A stretch of DNA of 40,594 nt. Source: a bacterium. GTDB lineage: Bacteria; Krumholzibacteriota; Krumholzibacteriia; LZORAL124-64-63. The translations under genes were made by a program, and so were the position numbers. The first letter of the stretch is position 1. Every line of letters starts with the position of its first letter. The notes under the pieces were generated by a model. The model saw nothing but the letters and a program-made list of their open reading frames with translations, did not search any database and was not told where the DNA came from. Of this stretch, positions 36,255 through 40,594 are shown in pieces. The stretch spans positions 1 to 40,594 of the forward strand of contig JANOEP010000053.1 of the NCBI GenBank assembly GCA_031441465.1, given 5' to 3'.

Positions 36255-36734
36255 TCAGATCGAACTGGTGATCGTGTAGGTCACCGTGTGGACCTGGCTG
36301 CCCGCAGCCAGCCCCGACGTCGCCGATGCCACGTACTCCAGGGCGCAGGTGCCGTTGCCGGTGGAAACTGCGGTCACGAAGTTCTGGGCCGTGGTGCTCA
36401 GGGTGATCTGCCCGGCCGAAGTGCCGCCCGTGACACTGCCCGCCGTGACCTTCAGGGTGGCTATCGGCGAAGCCACGCTGGTGGCGACGGTGATTTTCTG
36501 GCTGGCCTCGTTGTTGGACCAGTTCAAGTCGCAAGTCGTCGCATCGGACACATCGGACGGATTGTTGCCGGGCGTGGGTTCGACGAAGGTCAGCGTGATG
36601 TTGCCCCCCGTGATCGCCACGTCGTTGATCGTCGGGATCACGACCGTGACCGTGTGGTTGTCGCTGGTGGCCGACAGGGCCGGCAGGCTGCCTACCGAGA
36701 CCAAGAGAACGGCTAATATGAAAACACGTCTCAT
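36255..36734 (-). CDS. Secreted Thr/Ser-rich beta-protein, putative fimbrial major subunit
   Basis: ATG 36734 with GGGAGGT RBS; signal peptide; N-terminal HTVTVVIP strand, two Cys, C-terminal TVTYTIT strand; 159 aa. Confidence 0.65.
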   Translation of the reverse strand: MRRVFILAVLLVSVGSLPALSATSDNHTVTVVIPTINDVAITGGNITLTFVEPTPGNNPSDVSDATTCDLNWSNNEASQKITVATSVASPIATLKVTAGSVTGGTSAGQITLSTTAQNFVTAVSTGNGTCALEYVASATSGLAAGSQVHTVTYTITSSI

Positions 36735-37130
36735 CCCGATACCTCCCGATGTTTCGCCTTGAGAGCATGACGAGGAACTCCCGTCAGGCTTCGGCAACGA
36801 GATGCATGATTCGTTCCTTCCTGGAAATCACCATGAAGTGATAGGCAATCGAAGACATCATGCGATATCATGCCGATTAGTTAGATTTGGCGCCGTAAAT
36901 TTAACATTCGATAAGCGCCGGCGGCCTTCGAACACCATGCAATTGGCACGATATCTGTGCAGAAGTAAGCATTGGCTATAACCGGTCCCCGGGGCTCGCC
37001 CCCCATATCCATCGAATCTCGACGCATTCCCCCATCCTATCGAAGGAGGATGCGTATCAGGGATTTTCGACGATCATGTCCGGATGATTTCCGTGACCCC
37101 CTGCCACCAACCTCCCGCAAGGAGCGACCC

Positions 37131-37661
37131 ATGAACTGGACCGAGCTGCTGAAGTGCACCGTCGAGGAGTCCTACAAGGCGACCGACGGCCTGATGGCCC
37201 TGGTCGAGGACAAGGACCTCGCCTGGAAGCCCGCCACCGGCAAGAACTGGATGACCACCGGCCAGCTGCTGATGCACCTGACCAGCGCCTGCGGCTTCTG
37301 CTGCCGCGGCTTCGCCACCGGCGACTGGGGCGCGCCCCCGTGCGACGAGAACGCGAAGGACGGGCCGCCCGCAGACGCGATGCTGCCCCCGGCCGAGTCC
37401 CTGCCCTCCGTCGGCAGCGTGAAGGAAGCTCGCGCCCTGCTGGCCGCCGACAAGCAGGTCGCCCTGGACATGATCGCCCAGGCCGGCGAGCAGAAGCTGG
37501 CCAACCAGATGGTGTCCGCGCCCTGGGATCCGACCGAACGCGCGCTCGGCCTACAGTTCCTGATGATGGCCGGCCACCTGTCGACCCACAAGAGCCAGCT
37601 CTTCTACTACCTGAAGCTGATGGGCCGCGACGTCAACACCATGCACCTCTGGGGCATGTAG
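37131..37661 (+). CDS. DinB/YfiT-family protein
   Basis: ATG 37131 with AAGGAG RBS; LAWKP...MTTGQLLMHL...HLSTHKSQLFYYLKLMG (three-His signature). Confidence 0.88.
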   Translation: MNWTELLKCTVEESYKATDGLMALVEDKDLAWKPATGKNWMTTGQLLMHLTSACGFCCRGFATGDWGAPPCDENAKDGPPADAMLPPAESLPSVGSVKEARALLAADKQVALDMIAQAGEQKLANQMVSAPWDPTERALGLQFLMMAGHLSTHKSQLFYYLKLMGRDVNTMHLWGM

Positions 37662-37691
37662 GCCGCACCGGCGCTGATCCCGGAACGAGAA

Positions 37692-37721
37692 GGGGCCCCG
37701 CGTCCGTCGACGCGGGGCCCC
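37692..37721. terminator. Stem-loop between convergent genes (probable bidirectional terminator)
   Basis: 13-bp perfect stem GGGGCCCCGCGTC / GACGCGGGGCCCC; no U-tract. Confidence 0.65.
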
Positions 37722-37743
37722 GGTCGTTGCGTCGAGATGCGCG

Positions 37744-38028
37744 TCAGACCCGATCCATGGGGCCGCCGTCCAGCTGGGCCGGCGCCTCCGCGGTCTTGCC
37801 CGCCGACTCGCGCTTCCAGAGCCAGGCTCCCAGCGCCGCCAGCCCGCCGACCAGGATGATCGTGCGCGCCACGCGCAGCAGGCAGACCACCCACGCGATG
37901 CCCATCCCGAGCGCGGCCCACTGGACCCACCAGTCGCCCGGAGAGGTCGCGAGGTTGATGACGAACAACAGGGCCAGGATCAGGGGCGCCGTGAAGAGGT
38001 ACTTGATGTCGCTGAAGACCTTGAACAC
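37744..38028 (-). CDS. Small membrane protein (2TM-domain-like)
   Basis: LFVINLATSPGDWWVQWAALGMGI motif, 2-3 hydrophobic helices; AAGGAG RBS before GTG. Confidence 0.8.
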   Translation of the reverse strand: MFKVFSDIKYLFTAPLILALLFVINLATSPGDWWVQWAALGMGIAWVVCLLRVARTIILVGGLAALGAWLWKRESAGKTAEAPAQLDGGPMDRV

Positions 38029-38310
38029 GTCCGACTCCTTGGCGAGCGAGAGTGGTGCACCTGACGACGAACGGGACTACGTTCGCCGACGCCGGGGGTT
38101 GCATCTGCGGCGCGGGCCGGCCCGGAACGACTGATTGACATGGCGTCGGGCTCCGCCCTACCTTCATGCTCTCGCCTGGATCATTCACGGAGGAACGGCT
38201 CGCATTACCCGTCGACATCGACCGCAGAGACTCGGACTGCCGCGCTTCTCATCATCCGAACGACATCGTGCACCGAAGTCACGGTCGCAGGAATGCGTAG
38301 CGCCGGGCCT

Positions 38311-38327
38311 TGGGCCACGGAATTGCA
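38311..38327 (+). promoter_or_regulatory. Putative sigma54 promoter upstream of small exported-protein genes
   Basis: TGGGCCACGGAATTGCA; GG 38313-38314, GC 38325-38326, 10-nt spacing, TTGCA -12 box. Confidence 0.45.
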
Positions 38328-38415
38328 ATACGAGCGTGCGGACCGCCGCACGCGCCCGCCACAGGGTGATCTGCATGTCTGCCGCCAGGCCGCCGACCTT
38401 CCTCGGGAGGGTGCG

Positions 38416-38685
38416 TTGAAGCCAAGAGATTATGCTGCATTGGTTTCGCTACTTCTGCTCGCCCCGCTGGCCGGCTGCAGTCACGTGGCCGGCAACGCCC
38501 CCCCGCCGGACACCAAGACGACGACCGCGCCCACGCTGGTTGGTGTCGACGGCCGGAAGTACCGCTGTTTCAACGATGACGGGACCTTGCGCTGCGAAGA
38601 GCTGCGCGCCCTCCTGGCCGGCGTGGACAACAATTTGCCGGTCGAGGCGTCGCAACGAGGGATCGGGACCCCGGCGAGAAGGTGA
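38416..38685 (+). CDS. Small putative lipoprotein
   Basis: TTG start behind GGGAGG; hydrophobic stretch plus lipobox LAG-C; two additional Cys. Confidence 0.6.
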   Translation: MKPRDYAALVSLLLLAPLAGCSHVAGNAPPPDTKTTTAPTLVGVDGRKYRCFNDDGTLRCEELRALLAGVDNNLPVEASQRGIGTPARR

Positions 38686-38689
38686 TGCG

Positions 38690-39340
38690 ATGAGATGTGT
38701 GCCGGTACTCGCGCTCGTCTCGATGTTGCTGGGCGCCTCGGCGGGATCGGCGGCGACCCCCGTCACCTTCACGCCGCTCAACTCGCTCGAAGGCATCGAA
38801 TTCGCCGCCGTGAGTTCGGGTTGGCTCGACCCCGGCGCCGCCATCGACAAGCAGATCCAGGAGCACGTCACCTGGATGAGGGCCAGGAGGCCCGGCTACA
38901 AGATCACGCCGGCCGGTCGTGCCGAGATCATCAGGAGCATGGCCGAGAACGACCAGTACAAGCTGTTCACCTCCCTGAACGACCAGCCGTCCCTCGTGAC
39001 CTATCGGCTGGGCATCTACCTCCCCGAAGGCTGCCAGATGATCTTCCAGGGACGCGAAGCGATCCGGCTGAAGGTCCGGCGCGCTGACGGCGTCATCGTC
39101 ACGATCGCGGACGGCGGGATCATCTGCCCGCACCGGGCCGCGCCCCTGAGCGTGTGGGACGACACCCGCAAGGGACGCGTCGTGTTCACCTCGCAGTTCA
39201 ACGCGGGCAAGCCGGGCGATTGGCCCAACATCGCGATCATCCTGCTGCCGCGGGCGCTGCTGGGTTCCGAGGTGCTGGAGGTCATGCCGACGGAACGGCT
39301 GGAAATCGTCCATCCGCAAGGTCGGCTCAGTTACAAATAA
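38690..39340 (+). CDS. Exported hypothetical protein (216 aa)
   Basis: ATG 38690 with GAAGGTG RBS; signal peptide MRCVPVLALVSMLLGASAGSA; GC3-biased codons. Confidence 0.75.
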   Translation: MRCVPVLALVSMLLGASAGSAATPVTFTPLNSLEGIEFAAVSSGWLDPGAAIDKQIQEHVTWMRARRPGYKITPAGRAEIIRSMAENDQYKLFTSLNDQPSLVTYRLGIYLPEGCQMIFQGREAIRLKVRRADGVIVTIADGGIICPHRAAPLSVWDDTRKGRVVFTSQFNAGKPGDWPNIAIILLPRALLGSEVLEVMPTERLEIVHPQGRLSYK

Positions 39341-39405
39341 CGGAGGGAGGCTTCGTCGGACGGCACAGCGCGGATATCCGATGACTGATGACCGAAGGAG
39401 GAGGC

Positions 39406-39645
39406 ATGTCGAAAAAGACCATCGCGACCCTCATGCTCGCAACATCGATGACCGCAGGCTCTCCCTTGATCGCACCGCCGGCCGCCACTGCTTCCGCACT
39501 GCCCGAGTTCTTCTGCGATCTCGCAGAAGCGGCGGGGTGGCAGAGCGCCGGTCTGAATTTCGTCTGTTACGTCGCCATGGACATCAACGGGACGTGTTGC
39601 GATCCCTACGGGGATCCCTGGTACGAATCGCAGCCGCTGCCCTGA
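39406..39645 (+). CDS. Small exported Cys-containing acidic peptide (79 aa)
   Basis: AGGAGGAGG RBS; signal-like N-terminus ending ASA; mature part with 4 Cys; followed by a hairpin. Confidence 0.65.
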   Translation: MSKKTIATLMLATSMTAGSPLIAPPAATASALPEFFCDLAEAAGWQSAGLNFVCYVAMDINGTCCDPYGDPWYESQPLP

Positions 39646-39652
39646 ACGGAAT

Positions 39653-39676
39653 CGGGGCGGAGTTTCCTCCGCCCCG
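39653..39676. terminator. Stem-loop between convergent genes
   Basis: CGGGGCGGAG-TTTC-CTCCGCCCCG. Confidence 0.6.
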
Positions 39677-39701
39677 GCACGCGCGCCAAGTTCACCTCGG
39701 C

Positions 39702-40487
39702 TCAGCGGAGCTTGAACGTCAGCGGCATCATCACCCACACCTCGATCGGCTTGTGGTCGATCTGCGCCGGCCTCCACATCGAGGTGCGCGCGCACGCGAT
39801 CGCCGCCTCGCGCAGCATCTGCTCGCCCTCGACCACGATGACGTCCTTGACCTTGCCGTTCTTGCCCACCAGCACGCGGACCACGACCGTGCCTTCGACC
39901 TCGGCCGAGCGCGCCATGGGCGGGTAGCTCAGCGGGTCGATGGAGATGCGCACGGGATCCTCGTCGACGGCGATGAAATCGTCCGGCGACGGCGACACGT
40001 CGATGTCCACGTCCACGACCAGGCCGCCACCCTCGCCGCCCTCGAGGCCCTCCATGGTGATCGGGGCCAGCGCCTCGGCCATCTCGTCGACGGTCGCGAT
40101 GGTCTGCGAGGTGGCCAGCTCGTCGGCGACCGGCTCCGGCACGCCGATCGACGGCGGTACGGCGAGGTCGGCAACGGCCTGCGCGACGCTGACCTGCGGC
40201 GCGGTCGGCCGCGAGATCGACGGCGGCACCCCCAGGTCGGTGTAGCGCACGATCCGGATCTCCCGCGGCGGCTCGACCGCCACCTGACGGTGGCTCCACA
40301 GCCACCAGCCCGCGAACGCCAGCACCCCCAGCAGCAGCGTGATCCCGTTCGCCCAGCTCAGCCAGCGCGCCAGCTCCCGCCGCAGCGGGTGATCCGCGCC
40401 CGTCAGCGGCAGCTGCGGCGCATCGTCGAGACGGAACGCCCAAGGGATATGAGACGCGGCGGTCGCCGCCGCCTGCTTGCCCTTCAT
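39702..40487 (-). CDS. tonB: Energy transducer TonB
   Basis: Single TM helix, Pro/acidic linker, C-terminal YPPMARSAEVEGTVVVRVLVGKNGKV...WRPA...MPLTFKL. Confidence 0.9.
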   Translation of the reverse strand: MKGKQAAATAASHIPWAFRLDDAPQLPLTGADHPLRRELARWLSWANGITLLLGVLAFAGWWLWSHRQVAVEPPREIRIVRYTDLGVPPSISRPTAPQVSVAQAVADLAVPPSIGVPEPVADELATSQTIATVDEMAEALAPITMEGLEGGEGGGLVVDVDIDVSPSPDDFIAVDEDPVRISIDPLSYPPMARSAEVEGTVVVRVLVGKNGKVKDVIVVEGEQMLREAAIACARTSMWRPAQIDHKPIEVWVMMPLTFKLR

Positions 40488-40594
40488 CGCACTCCCTCCA
40501 GCACGGCGTCCTCGCCCTCCTTCATCGGGATCAGGCTGAACCGCTGCATGTTGGCGTCCTCGAGCGTGTCCATCATGTCCACCATCGGCTCGTA
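40484..40594 (-). CDS. exbD: ExbD/TolR-family protein, C-terminal end (truncated by window)
   Basis: Manual translation YEPMVDMMDTLEDANMQRFSLIPMKEGEDAVLEGVR*; ATGA overlap with tonB. Confidence 0.7.
   Translation of the reverse strand, partial: YEPMVDMMDTLEDANMQRFSLIPMKEGEDAVLEGVR

Overview
GC-rich chromosomal origin region of a diderm bacterium. GyrA and AtpB features suggest an FCB/PVC-side lineage, which is inference only. Bases 1-28.0 kb are a conserved core: gyrA(partial)-gyrB-dciA-recF-dnaN-dnaA on the minus strand, with DnaA boxes on both sides of dnaA and a DnaA-trio unwinding element between dnaA and dnaN. The plus strand carries rpmH-rnpA-yidD-yidC-jag-mnmE-mnmG-rsmG, an inverted pair of parS sites, parA-parB, an orphan PAS histidine kinase, a bactofilin and a complete F1Fo ATP synthase operon. 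Directly behind the atp terminator hairpin sits a ~632-nt class IIC group II intron with recognisable ribozyme ends and domains V/VI but no reverse transcriptase ORF. An accessory region follows. It holds a tetraheme cytochrome c/NrfC-like/NrfD-like redox module with no catalytic subunit, and a convergent three-gene chaperone-usher-like fimbrial system with a sigma54-type promoter. It also has a DinB-family gene, three small exported proteins behind another sigma54-type motif, and tonB/exbD. The most interesting items are the ORF-less IIC intron, the atypical fimbrial system and the orphan redox module. All calls come from motif recognition by eye; no database search or folding was run.
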